Part shown: one piece after another, positions 20,839 through 30,423 of the stretch
Position numbering within the stretch: position 1 is the first letter of the stretch
How the letters are laid out: each line of letters opens with the position of its first letter
Assembly: GCA_963845065.1 (NCBI GenBank)
Contig: CAWJQQ010000002.1
Location: forward strand, 537,035 to 601,034
From: Nitrospirota bacterium
Lineage (GTDB): Bacteria > Nitrospirota > UBA9217
Direction of reading: 5' to 3'
DNA: 64,000 nt
Notes under the pieces: generated by a model
Told to the model about the DNA's origin: nothing
Seen by the model: the letters and a program-made list of their open reading frames with translations, nothing else
Database searches by the model: none
Translations under genes and position numbers: made by a program

Positions 20839-22110
20839 TTACAGCAGCTTCAACTGCCCCTGCATCTGTTTTCTCTCCACTTCCTCAAAAATCCTTACCT
20901 TCCCGAATTCTCCATCATATCCCGGCGTTATATGGATGTTACCATGGCGCATGCGTGAGACTGCTTCACGAATGAGCGGTGTTCCGGCGCGCTCAATATC
21001 GTCAAGTGGTACATCCATGAGGATTTTAAATTCGTTCCCGAGCTGTTCGAGCAGGGAGAAATACAATGCGTTTACTTTTTTCGTATTTACACCGCATTTG
21101 AGGCCTTCAGCGATGATCTCAGGAAGAGGAATAATCGATGTGAAAACAGGAGCATTGTCAGGTCTAAACCCGTGTTCGCGATCAGCGAGCTTTTCAACGC
21201 GGTGCATTACGCCTACAGTCACTTTCCGATTGCAGACCGGACAAAGATAATCATAATGGATGGTTTCTTTCGGCGTGAGGCACACGCCGCAGCCCCTATG
21301 GCCATCATAATGATATTTACCCTCTTCAGGAAAGAACTCGATAGTCCCGACAAAGCCCTCGCGGGTCTTGATGGCCTCAAGGAGCGCAGGATAAGAGATT
21401 CCCGTATCAAAGATATTCGCCTCTCGCCCGATCTTTGCTGCCGAGTGAGCATCGGAGTTCGAAACAAGCGTGATTCGTTCAAGAGCGGACAGCTGCCAGT
21501 TCATGAGTGGATCAGATGATAAACCCGTCTCTATCGCAAAAATAGAAGGTGTCAATTCTTCGTAACACTCTTCGAGTGAATCGAATCCAGAGACGGCGCC
21601 GAATACTGAAAAATGGGGTGTCCAGGCATGTGCAGGGATGAGCATCACATCAGGCGATACATCGAGGGTGATTTTTAGGAGATCCTTTGCATCGAGCCCC
21701 AGGATCGGCCTACCGTCAGCATTGAGGTTCCCGATTTTCGAGAGCGCGAGATTGATCCGTGCTGCAGTCTCGAAATCCGGGGCGATGAGAACGGAATGAA
21801 CCTTCCGTGTCTTGCCGTTCTTGCTGTAGATGCAGCTGATCTCAGCAGAAAGGATGAATTGAATGTCAGCCTTGCATGAGGTAGGAACATCATCTGCATG
21901 ATGTGTCTTTTTGAGTGCAAAGAAACCATTGCCTATCCGATCGAGCTTTGCGTCAAGCTCCTTGAGCCAACCTGGGTGGGTGAAGTCTCCCGTCGCGATC
22001 ACGGAGATACCCTTGAGCTGCGCCCATTTCCAGATTCCCTCAGGGCACATGTCCTTGCTCGTTGCGCGGGAGTAATGGGAGTGGACATGGAGGTCAGCGA
22101 TAAAACGCAT
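20839..22110 (-). CDS. Endonuclease Q family (PHP domain) protein
   Basis: DLHVHSHYSRATS, GDFTHP, AHAWTP, SNSDAHS, EEGKYHYDGHR, Zn finger. Confidence 0.92.
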   Translation of the reverse strand: MRFIADLHVHSHYSRATSKDMCPEGIWKWAQLKGISVIATGDFTHPGWLKELDAKLDRIGNGFFALKKTHHADDVPTSCKADIQFILSAEISCIYSKNGKTRKVHSVLIAPDFETAARINLALSKIGNLNADGRPILGLDAKDLLKITLDVSPDVMLIPAHAWTPHFSVFGAVSGFDSLEECYEELTPSIFAIETGLSSDPLMNWQLSALERITLVSNSDAHSAAKIGREANIFDTGISYPALLEAIKTREGFVGTIEFFPEEGKYHYDGHRGCGVCLTPKETIHYDYLCPVCNRKVTVGVMHRVEKLADREHGFRPDNAPVFTSIIPLPEIIAEGLKCGVNTKKVNALYFSLLEQLGNEFKILMDVPLDDIERAGTPLIREAVSRMRHGNIHITPGYDGEFGKVRIFEEVERKQMQGQLKLL

Positions 22111-22279
22111 TGCGAATTATAGCATGAATGAACCTTTTATTGATACAGATTTTCAAGTCACTGCTTGTCTTTGAACCTGCCTCCTTGACCATACTCCTGT
22201 ATACGGATTGACAAAGACGCTGTTTCCTCGCAATGTCAATTTCCCCATGTCATCAAACTGTCTAACCAACGGGATGTAT

Positions 22280-22440
22280 GCAGGCGGTCGCGGCAAGATC
22301 CTTCATGCCAAGGTCAATGGCCATGATTTCCCCGTCTCCTTTCAATCCGGGAAAAGGGATCGCGTGTACCAGGGGGACAAATCACTAGCCGATATCATGT
22401 ACCAAACGGCCAATCTGGATATTGTCTCCGGTTATACGGG
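22280..22440 (-). pseudogene. tnpB: Decayed tnpB fragment related to the 62.8-kb TnpB
   Basis: Minus strand reads DNIQIGRLVHD..FVPLVHAIPFPGLKGDGEIMAIDLGMKDLAATAC with stops, versus DNVQIGRLVYD..FVHLVYTITLPVLKGEGETMASDLGMKDMAATAC. Confidence 0.85.
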
Positions 22441-22494
22441 TACATTAAAGCAGTTTGACCTCTAGTAAGGTTAGGCAATTTAACTTTGGGTCGG

Positions 22495-22555
22495 CATATG
22501 ACCTATTTCATATGACCTATTTCATGTTGACAAGCGGTCCTCATTTTGTTACAGT
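22495..22555 (+). promoter_or_regulatory. Sigma70 promoter of the PFK gene, preceded by a 14-bp direct repeat
   Basis: CATATGACCTATTT x2 (22495-22522); TTGACA(22527)-N17-TACAGT(22550). Confidence 0.65.
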
Positions 22556-22619
22556 TGCGCGGTGCGCGAACGGGTGCAGAGTTATGGTCAATTGATTTTG
22601 AAACTATTAGGAGGCGATT

Positions 22620-23852
22620 ATGGCGGGTAAACTTGCAATAGTTGTCGGTGGAGGTCCTGCCCCTGGCATTAACGGCGTAATCAGTGCCGTGACATATGAA
22701 GCGGTCAAGCAGGGTCTAGAGGTCATCGGAGTCCATGATGGGTTCAAGTGGCTGTCCAATGGGAACACGAACCATGTTACCCAACTAGAAAACGACGAAA
22801 TTTCGCGTATTCATCTTCGCGGCGGATCGGTTATTGGCACCTCCCGCGAGAACCCGACCAAGAACCCCGAGAAAATGGCAAATGTCATCAAGGCTCTTAC
22901 CTCCCTTGGCATCAAGTATCTCGTGACCATCGGCGGGGACGACACGGCCTTCACGGCAACCCGCGTAGAACAGGAAGCGCATGGAACAATCTCTGTTTGC
23001 CATGTGCCGAAGACCATCGACAATGATCTGCCGCTCCCGCACGGCGTTCCGACCTTCGGCTTTGAGACCGCACGTTCGCTCGGTGCGCAGCTCGTCGAGA
23101 ACATCATGGAGGACGCGCGAACAGCTGGACGATGGTACTTCATCATTGCCATGGGCCGCTCCGCGGGCCACCTTGCGCTCGGCATGGGTATGGGTGCCGG
23201 TGCCACATTGACCCTCATCCCGGAAGAACTCGGTAACAAGATATCGCTGAACAAAGTCGTATCGATCCTCGAAGGCGCGATTATCAAGCGCCTCGCATAC
23301 GGACGGAACCACGGTGTGGCGGTCATCGCGGAAGGCGTTGCAACCCGGTTTGATACGGACGAGTTGACCTTCCTAAAAGACGTGCCTCGGGACGACCACG
23401 GCAACATCCGGCTGGCTGAGATCCCCATCGGCGACATGCTCAAAAAGCATGTGTCTGCAGGCCTCGAAACAGCCGGTGTCAAAACCACAATCATAGCAAA
23501 AGACATCGGCTACGAGCTGCGTTGCCAGCCGCCTCTTTCTTACGATCGTGAATACACACGCTATCTGGGATTCAGCGCGGTTAGGTTCCTGGTCGGTGGA
23601 GGCTCAGGCGCCATGATTATGCTGAAGGACGGCGTCTGCCATCCGATCAAATTTGCCGACCTCCTAGACCCCAAAACGGGGAAAACGAGGATCCGCACCG
23701 TGGACATAAATTCCGACGATTACCATATGGCAAGGCGCTATATGATCAGGCTCGAGCAGGAAGACTTGCAGGGCGAGTCGCTCACGAAGCTCGCTACCAT
23801 GACGAAACTTTCTCCTGAGGACTTTAAGAAGAGATATTGTATAGCAATATAG
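22620..23852 (+). CDS. pfp: Pyrophosphate-dependent phosphofructokinase
   Basis: GGGPAPG, GGDD (PPi-type Asp), PKTIDND, MGRSAG; RBS GGAGG. Confidence 0.9.
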   Translation: MAGKLAIVVGGGPAPGINGVISAVTYEAVKQGLEVIGVHDGFKWLSNGNTNHVTQLENDEISRIHLRGGSVIGTSRENPTKNPEKMANVIKALTSLGIKYLVTIGGDDTAFTATRVEQEAHGTISVCHVPKTIDNDLPLPHGVPTFGFETARSLGAQLVENIMEDARTAGRWYFIIAMGRSAGHLALGMGMGAGATLTLIPEELGNKISLNKVVSILEGAIIKRLAYGRNHGVAVIAEGVATRFDTDELTFLKDVPRDDHGNIRLAEIPIGDMLKKHVSAGLETAGVKTTIIAKDIGYELRCQPPLSYDREYTRYLGFSAVRFLVGGGSGAMIMLKDGVCHPIKFADLLDPKTGKTRIRTVDINSDDYHMARRYMIRLEQEDLQGESLTKLATMTKLSPEDFKKRYCIAI

Positions 23853-23921
23853 AATTTAACTAAAATGCGGGCATAACAAAAGGGACGGGGAACAGCTGCA
23901 CATCGGCTGTCATTTTTTTAT

Positions 23922-24203
23922 TTAGAGTGTGATCCTTTTCTCTCGGGCGATATTTCTCAGGATAATCATTGCGTTGTGCAATCGCTGCAGTTTCATGTTC
24001 CTCGTCCGCAATGCCACCTGGTCGCTCAGCTCAATCTTTCCAATCCGAGTCGCGGTGAGCGCCCTGTTCAGGTTTTCGTACAGGTCCTTAATCATGTCCT
24101 TGTCGAATTTCTTAAGTAACAACGGGTTTACCGCAGCGTAGCCTTCGGCCACATCGAAGGCTACCAACTTCATGCTCTTGCCTCTAAATCCGCTCTCAGC
24201 CAT
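23922..24203 (-). CDS. Hypothetical protein
   Basis: 93-aa ORF tightly following the upstream gene, with a GGAG RBS. Confidence 0.65.
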   Translation of the reverse strand: MAESGFRGKSMKLVAFDVAEGYAAVNPLLLKKFDKDMIKDLYENLNRALTATRIGKIELSDQVALRTRNMKLQRLHNAMIILRNIAREKRITL

Positions 24204-24211
24204 AGCCGCTC

Positions 24212-24766
24212 CTATGTCATTCCGAGTGACTTGATCGTTTTCTCCAAGAGTTCCTGCTTTTTCCGCACTGCCTCCAGCTGCCTATGAATATCAGCGTGGC
24301 TGGCGCCTTTGCTGAATTTATCCTGGAGCACTGCTATGTCCGCAGAGAGCTCCCGCGACGTATCCTGGAGCAACGCGTGAAAATTCCTGCTGTTCTCGCA
24401 TAACTGCGTGATTGCCATAACAAGGTCCTTGAGCACGGGATCGTCCGTTTCCCGGAGCCGCAGTGACACGTTCACATCTCCACAGGAAATGTGCTCAAGA
24501 GCCTTGCGAATGCGCATGAGAGGACCAACGAATGTGTGGGAGTATAATATACCAACAATGCCGATGAAAACCAGAAGCGTGATCAATGCGATGGGGAGAA
24601 AGATAGGAAGTTGGACGATTTCTGCGATTTTTTGAAATACTCGAAGAAGAACTGTATAAGATATCAGAAGCAAGATAAGAAATATGATAAATCGGAACTG
24701 TGAACTCGAAGATATCAGATGGTTCTTGCCCCGGCCCATAATGTGTCTTTTTACCATTTTTTGCAT
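24212..24766 (-). CDS. Membrane protein with HAMP-like linker and coiled coil
   Basis: Two TM segments, then SHTFVGPLMRIRKALEHI..G..LRETD. Confidence 0.75.
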   Translation of the reverse strand: MQKMVKRHIMGRGKNHLISSSSQFRFIIFLILLLISYTVLLRVFQKIAEIVQLPIFLPIALITLLVFIGIVGILYSHTFVGPLMRIRKALEHISCGDVNVSLRLRETDDPVLKDLVMAITQLCENSRNFHALLQDTSRELSADIAVLQDKFSKGASHADIHRQLEAVRKKQELLEKTIKSLGMT

Positions 24767-25013
24767 ATGTGTCCTCGGCGCTCCCTGGGTGTGAAGACTG
24801 TATCTAATCAGTTTTTTTTCGGACTATTTCTAAGGGCAACGGATTTTACCGGCCTGGTAGATCGCGTCGTAACCGGCAGCGCTATCGAATGGATCGGGTT
24901 TACCGCGAGTAGCCTGATTATACAGGTCTTTTGGTATGGCGGTCAAGTCTAAAGCAAAATATTTATATCCAAATTTGCTTGAAGTCCCGTGTTCGAAGTG
25001 GTACATTTTTTAC

Positions 25014-26003
25014 ATGCCTCTGATTGACATACATAAACGGCGTATTGATTATTTGCGGATATCCATTACAGATCGATGCAACCTATCTTGCGTCTATTGC
25101 AAGCCGCGAAGTGAGACAAAGATGCTGTCGCATGTTGATATCCTCACTTATGAAGAAATTTTGCGGCTTGTTTCCATCGCCGTCCCTTTGGGGATTTCCC
25201 GTGTACGGGTAACCGGCGGAGAACCCCTCGCCAGACGCGACGTCATCGATTTCTTAGCCGCATTAAAACGCGTCGCTGGACTGGACGATATCAGCTTGAC
25301 GACCAACGGTGTTTTTCTCGCCAATATGGCAGAAGACCTTGCACGCTCCGGCATGCCACGGCTCAATGTCAGCCTCGATTCCCTCGACCCAAAAAAGTTT
25401 CTTCAAATCACCGGCAGCGACTCTTGGGACGCGGTTTGGCGCGGCATCAATCGCGCTGAGGAACTTGGTTTTTCCCCTCTGAAGCTCAATGTAGTTCCCG
25501 TTAGAGGCTTAAATGATGATGAGATCGCAGCCTTTGCGCGGCTTACGCTCGAGCGGCGGTTCCACGTCCGCTTTATCGAGTTCATGCCCATCGGCTCAAA
25601 AGATCGGTGGAGCCGTGATTCATGCGTGCCGTCCGAGGAGGTGCGTTCAATCATCGAGCGCGAATTCGGCACGCTCGTACCGGTTGCATCAGGAAGTTCT
25701 GGCGGCCCATCGTCTAACTTCGCTGTGCCCGGCGCACAGGGAATCATCGGTTTTATCAGCCCCATCACCCGTCACTTCTGCGAATCGTGCCGCAGGCTAC
25801 GACTTACGGCGGACGGCAAGATCAGGCCTTGCCTTCTTTCGGACACGGAGATTGACATTAAGTCTCCCCTGCGAAATGGATGTGATGACAAGGAACTTGA
25901 GCGACTCTTGAAACTCTCGCTAGAAATCAAGCCTGCACGGCATTATATCAATGAAACTTCTGGCAACTATTTTCAGCGGACGATGTCTAAAATCGGGGGG
26001 TGA
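25014..26003 (+). CDS. moaA: GTP 3',8-cyclase
   Basis: YLRISITDRCNLSCVYC, FCESCRRLRLT, C-terminal IGG. Confidence 0.96.
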   Translation: MPLIDIHKRRIDYLRISITDRCNLSCVYCKPRSETKMLSHVDILTYEEILRLVSIAVPLGISRVRVTGGEPLARRDVIDFLAALKRVAGLDDISLTTNGVFLANMAEDLARSGMPRLNVSLDSLDPKKFLQITGSDSWDAVWRGINRAEELGFSPLKLNVVPVRGLNDDEIAAFARLTLERRFHVRFIEFMPIGSKDRWSRDSCVPSEEVRSIIEREFGTLVPVASGSSGGPSSNFAVPGAQGIIGFISPITRHFCESCRRLRLTADGKIRPCLLSDTEIDIKSPLRNGCDDKELERLLKLSLEIKPARHYINETSGNYFQRTMSKIGG

Positions 26004-26021
26004 GCAGACTGGAGATACAGC

Positions 26022-26510
26022 ATGACAAACAAATTTAGTCATTTCGACGAGCAGGGTGCCGCACGCATGGTAGACGTTTCGGCAAAAGACGAAACTATTC
26101 GTGAGGCAGTAGCCGAAGGACAGGTCATGGTGCTGCCCGAAACACTTGCCCTCATTATTGACCGAAAAGTCTCCAAGGGTGACGTGCTCGGCGTCGCCCG
26201 GTTGGCGGGTATTATGGCAGCCAAGAAGACCTCTGAGCTTATTCCTCTTTGCCATCCCCTCGCCCTCTCATCTGTGGCGATCGATCTGCAACCCGACAAC
26301 TCAGCATGCTGTATCCGTATTCGCGCTACTGTCAGGACCACGGGAAGGACCGGCGTGGAAATGGAAGCATTGATCGCTGTTTCAGCTGCAGGCCTTACGA
26401 TATATGATATGTGCAAATCCGTGGACCGCGAAATGACGCTCAACGGTGTGCGGCTCATGAAAAAAACTGGTGGCAAGAGTGGCACCTTCGAACGAAAATC
26501 AAGCTCATGA
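26022..26510 (+). CDS. moaC: Cyclic pyranopterin monophosphate synthase
   Basis: [27 protein letters not shown]. Confidence 0.97.
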   Translation: MTNKFSHFDEQGAARMVDVSAKDETIREAVAEGQVMVLPETLALIIDRKVSKGDVLGVARLAGIMAAKKTSELIPLCHPLALSSVAIDLQPDNSACCIRIRATVRTTGRTGVEMEALIAVSAAGLTIYDMCKSVDREMTLNGVRLMKKTGGKSGTFERKSSS

Positions 26511-27449
26511 TTATCAACGGTTGACAACCTATCTATTTAGAAAGCACTTCTTGCCGTTTCTCTGTCGGATAGGCTCTAAATTTAACTCTGCTTGATAGGC
26601 TCATAGTTTATTAACCCAACATGAACATCATATAAGTGAATATATGCCTACTTTTGGGCGGGAAAATGCATTGGCCAGCAAAGATACATGGCATCCGCAT
26701 GACCCCCCTCCTAACTTTTTACGCCTAGCATGGTAATGTATGGACAGGAATTCAATACATGACAGGTAAAGATTTTAAATTTGTTAAACCTATCTAATGC
26801 GTACATTAATCTCAATCTTCCTCCTGTCTCCGCCTGCACATGGTTACATTGCATTACGCATCTAGGCACATTAAAGAAGTTTATTGATTATGCCCTTCAC
26901 AATTTCTCCAGTCTTTTATGTCGGTCAGCAGGTCAAATGTGACGTTGACACAATCACCAGTCCCCATTCGGACAGATAACTAGCCACAATCTGTATAAAG
27001 ATATGTTATTCCTTGTCAGCGGGCTCAAGTATCATTTTACCGTGCCTTCTTCTCCTTCCTAGTCTCGTACCACTTCTTTCACACCAACCTAAGACGTCTT
27101 TATGAGCCTGGCACGAAACTTTTCTATCGAATTTATTGTAGTACCTGTAATATCTCGTGTTATCCGTATAGAGATAGAGCTAGAAAATTTGTCCGAACTT
27201 AAGTACGATTGACAGTTCAATATTATATTGCTATCTTTTGTTTGTCCGAGTATTTTCTTTAAAGGGATTATTGTGCACTGATCGCGTCGCAATACGTTTG
27301 AGGGAATAGTCATCCCATATTAAGCGCTTAGGGGACGAGTGAATTCCTTCTCATATCAGTGTAAAAGGGGAACTTACCAAACTATCCGCAGAAAGCCCCT
27401 GATTTTAACCATGGGGATGAATGCGGGAACTTTGTTTTTCAGCAATTGC

Positions 27450-27478
27450 TGGACAAATGTACATCTATGTGGTATATT
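27450..27478 (+). promoter_or_regulatory. Putative tnpB promoter
   Basis: TGGACA-N17-TATATT with extended TG; -10 box ends 10 nt before the ATG. Confidence 0.55.
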
Positions 27479-27488
27479 TGACCAACCA

Positions 27489-29048
27489 ATGCCTCGTAAA
27501 CGTAAACCTAAAACCCCATCTTTTGTTCACGAGTTCCAACTCGTAGTGACTCCAAAGGATAATCGAACGCTAGATGTCCGGCTCGAAGCTGGCCGTTATC
27601 TGTACAATGCCTGCCTTGGTGAAGCGATGAAGCGTCTTGCCGCCATGCGCCGATCCCCCAAATGGCTCGTGGCGGTCACGAAGAAGAAAAGCAAGCTTCG
27701 CACCAAGATGTTTAAGACAGCCAGAAACAAGGCTGAATATACCGAATACCATCTCCATGAGTATGTCGGGAGCCTCCGCAATTCGTGTTGGATCGGAGAC
27801 CATATTGACAGCCTGGCCGCCCAGAAGATAGCGACCAGGGCGTTTGATGCCGTTGCTGACTACGAGTTCGGCAAGCATGGGAAACCACGGTTCAAGCGTC
27901 GCGGCTGGATGTCTTCGCTCGAAGGCAAAAACAACAAGTCTGGTATTCGGTGGTGCAATGACCATGTTGAATGGTCTGGACTTAGCCTTAACTGTGTCTT
28001 CGACAAAAAAGACAAGTTTGGCGTTCAGGCACATGCGCTTAGCCATGATGTTAAATATGTTCGTTTGGTGAAGAAAACCATCTGCGGTAACGCCTGCTGG
28101 TTCGCCCAACTCGTGCTTAAAGGCACGACCAGGATCAAGCGTGAGAACCAGATTGGCACCGAAACCGTTGGCCTTGATATTGGTCCATCCACGGGTGCTA
28201 TCGTTAGCGATACCGATGCGTTGCTCGTAGCATTTTGTCCGGAAGTCGAGATTCCGTACAAACAAATCCGCGTGGTTCAGCGTAAGATGGCCAGAAGCCT
28301 GAGGGCTGCCAACCCGGACAACTACAACGAAGACGGCACGACTAAGACTGGTGCCGGCAAGGGTAAAAAGCGGTGGATATTCTCTGCTAAATACCGTGCG
28401 CTTAAGGCTGAACTAGCCGAGCTACAGCGAGTTTTGGCTGAAACCAGAAAACGGGCTCATGGCACGTTAGCCAATGAAATTCTTAAGCTCGGAACCAACA
28501 TAAAGACCGAGAAACTGTCGTACAGAGCATTCCAGAAACTCTATGGTAAAAGTATTTCAAGACGCGCTCCGGGGATGTTTATTTCGATGCTTCGCCGCAA
28601 AGCCGAAAACGCTGGCGGTAAAGTAACTGAATTTTCTACCCGGAGCACGAAGCTTTCAGAGACATGCCACTGCGGGGAAGTAGCCAAAAAACCGCTATCC
28701 CACAGATGGCATGACTGTAACTGCGGGGTAAACACTCAACGCGATCTCTACTCCGCATATCTTGCAAAATATGTTTTTGAAAATGTCCTCGACACGCGTC
28801 AAGCCGCAGCAGCTTGGCCGGGTGCAAACCTGCTCCTGGAACGGGCGGTGTTGAGGGTGCAGTTTGCAGCGGCAAATGGCCGAATTCACCCGGCCAGCTT
28901 CGGTATTAACAACATGAGAGCCAACACCACGAACCGGAGACAGAGTTGCTTGCCCGTTAAAAACGGATCAACGATAGTCGATGCCGGCAACGTCTGTATT
29001 GTTGCCGAAAAGCCTGTCGGTATTGCCGTTAGAACCCCCTGTCTTTAG
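27489..29048 (+). CDS. tnpB: RNA-guided endonuclease TnpB, long form (519 aa)
   Basis: RYLYNACL, GKPRFK, RuvC-I GLDIG, RuvC-II KTEKL, Zn finger CHCG..CNCG, RuvC-III QRDLYSA. Confidence 0.92.
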   Translation: MPRKRKPKTPSFVHEFQLVVTPKDNRTLDVRLEAGRYLYNACLGEAMKRLAAMRRSPKWLVAVTKKKSKLRTKMFKTARNKAEYTEYHLHEYVGSLRNSCWIGDHIDSLAAQKIATRAFDAVADYEFGKHGKPRFKRRGWMSSLEGKNNKSGIRWCNDHVEWSGLSLNCVFDKKDKFGVQAHALSHDVKYVRLVKKTICGNACWFAQLVLKGTTRIKRENQIGTETVGLDIGPSTGAIVSDTDALLVAFCPEVEIPYKQIRVVQRKMARSLRAANPDNYNEDGTTKTGAGKGKKRWIFSAKYRALKAELAELQRVLAETRKRAHGTLANEILKLGTNIKTEKLSYRAFQKLYGKSISRRAPGMFISMLRRKAENAGGKVTEFSTRSTKLSETCHCGEVAKKPLSHRWHDCNCGVNTQRDLYSAYLAKYVFENVLDTRQAAAAWPGANLLLERAVLRVQFAAANGRIHPASFGINNMRANTTNRRQSCLPVKNGSTIVDAGNVCIVAEKPVGIAVRTPCL

Positions 29049-29328
29049 ACATGGGGTAGGTCAGCTTATAATTCCTGAGGAGTGATGCTATTCCTATCTG
29101 CGTCAAGACTCGTGGCATTCTATTATGGTTTTATAAAATCTCAATAGATTCTTAACGTTTCATGGTCATACACAGAGCCAACCCGATCAAGCATGTTTTC
29201 TAAGCTGGAGAATTCATGATTTCGTTGCTTTTGAGATATAGAAGTTGAAGATGTGCCTGTAAATAAATGATTGCGTTTTTTGGCGAGCGGAATAACGTAA
29301 GCCAAGAGCATCGGGAAGGGGGCTTCTC

Positions 29329-30144
29329 ATGAATACAGAACAGCAAAGTATGAGGCAACCAGTCCTGTCGCAATGGGCATCTACCGAACATATAGCAGAA
29401 GTGGGCTTCGGCCTAGCCATTTTTGCAGGCGTCGCAGCAATCCTTTCTGGTTTCGGGACGAGGTGGGGATGGTGGGATTACAGGAGTGGACTTACCTTGC
29501 TGAGGGTAGCCGCTTTATGCGGTGGCGTCGCAGGCACTGTTTCCTTGTTGGGGGGTGTTCTTGCTAGGCATCATCGACGTGGAAAGTTTTTTTTTATGGC
29601 AGCCGCAGGCATTCTGATCGGACTGCTTACTGTCGGGATTCCCTGGTCATGGGCGCACAAGGCAGGGCAATTGCCATTGATCCACGACATAACAACAGAC
29701 ATGATTAATCCACCACAGTTTAAGGCTATCCTGCCGCTTAGGAGCAATGCGGACAATACTGTGGTATATAAGGGACTGGAAACCGCATCACAGCAAATGA
29801 GCGCATACCCGGACATCCGACCGCTCGTGCTTCCCATCTCGCCGGTATCATCTTTCAACATAGCCCTAACCACGGCAAAAAATATGGGCTGGCAAATCAT
29901 CAACAGTAATGCTGAGCAGGGCCGGATCGAAGCGGTTGCAACCACGTTCTGGTTCGGGTTTAAGGATGACATCGTCGTCCGCGTGACTCCCGAGTTGAGC
30001 GGAAGCAGGGTCGACATTCGATCCACGTCGCGTGTAGGACAGAGTGATATTGGCACCAATGCCGAACGCATTCGGACGTTCCTGCAGAAGATGAAGAATG
30101 AGCCGTTAGGCTCAAACGGCAGCAGAGAAGACATCGGATATTGA
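29329..30144 (+). CDS. DUF1499 membrane protein
   Basis: IHDITTD, FWFGFKDDIVVR, DIRSTSRVGQSDIGTNAERI. Confidence 0.9.
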   Translation: MNTEQQSMRQPVLSQWASTEHIAEVGFGLAIFAGVAAILSGFGTRWGWWDYRSGLTLLRVAALCGGVAGTVSLLGGVLARHHRRGKFFFMAAAGILIGLLTVGIPWSWAHKAGQLPLIHDITTDMINPPQFKAILPLRSNADNTVVYKGLETASQQMSAYPDIRPLVLPISPVSSFNIALTTAKNMGWQIINSNAEQGRIEAVATTFWFGFKDDIVVRVTPELSGSRVDIRSTSRVGQSDIGTNAERIRTFLQKMKNEPLGSNGSREDIGY

Positions 30145-30423
30145 TGCAAGCGTATATGGAAGTCACTTTACCAGCCTCCGAGACAAAGAAAAAATACGCG
30201 CTCGGTTGTCGGATCTTCACATGAGTTGCGAAACGGGCCTGCGAGCTGAAAAATCACGGCAGCAGTCAGAAGGAGTGTAATGTGTCATCATGGCGCGGTT
30301 TCAGACTGTGGGGTTGAGTTAGTAGCTCAGAAATCAGTACATTGAGAGTGTCAATTGCTGTTTTTCCGATACAGTCGTCTGTCCAAATGGCGTGATTTTA
30401 TCTCGATTACCATAAGGCTTGTA

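Larger units (their letters stand above)
27378..29064 (+). mobile_element. Complete tnpA-less IS200/IS605-family element carrying a long tnpB
   Basis: Left end: TTAC|CAAACTATCCGCAG-AAAG-CCCCTGATTTTAACCATGGGG. Right end: GAAC-CCCCTGTCTTTAGACATGGGGTAGG-TCAG|. Confidence 0.9.

Noticed and set aside
26520..27370. AT-rich stretch left of the TnpB element, checked for tnpA, cargo or a CRISPR array
   Set aside because: No HUH/Y1 motif or regular repeats seen, and it lies outside the mapped left end
27339..27488. Extended N-terminus of the ORF-track TnpB (569 aa)
   Set aside because: It starts outside the element and runs through the left-end hairpin; ATG 27489 after the promoter is more plausible
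29065..29085. Possible self-target of the TnpB guide elsewhere in the window (e.g. CTCATAATTCCTG near 50988-51000)
   Set aside because: Partial match without the TTAC TAM; by-eye search only, so a genome-wide search is needed
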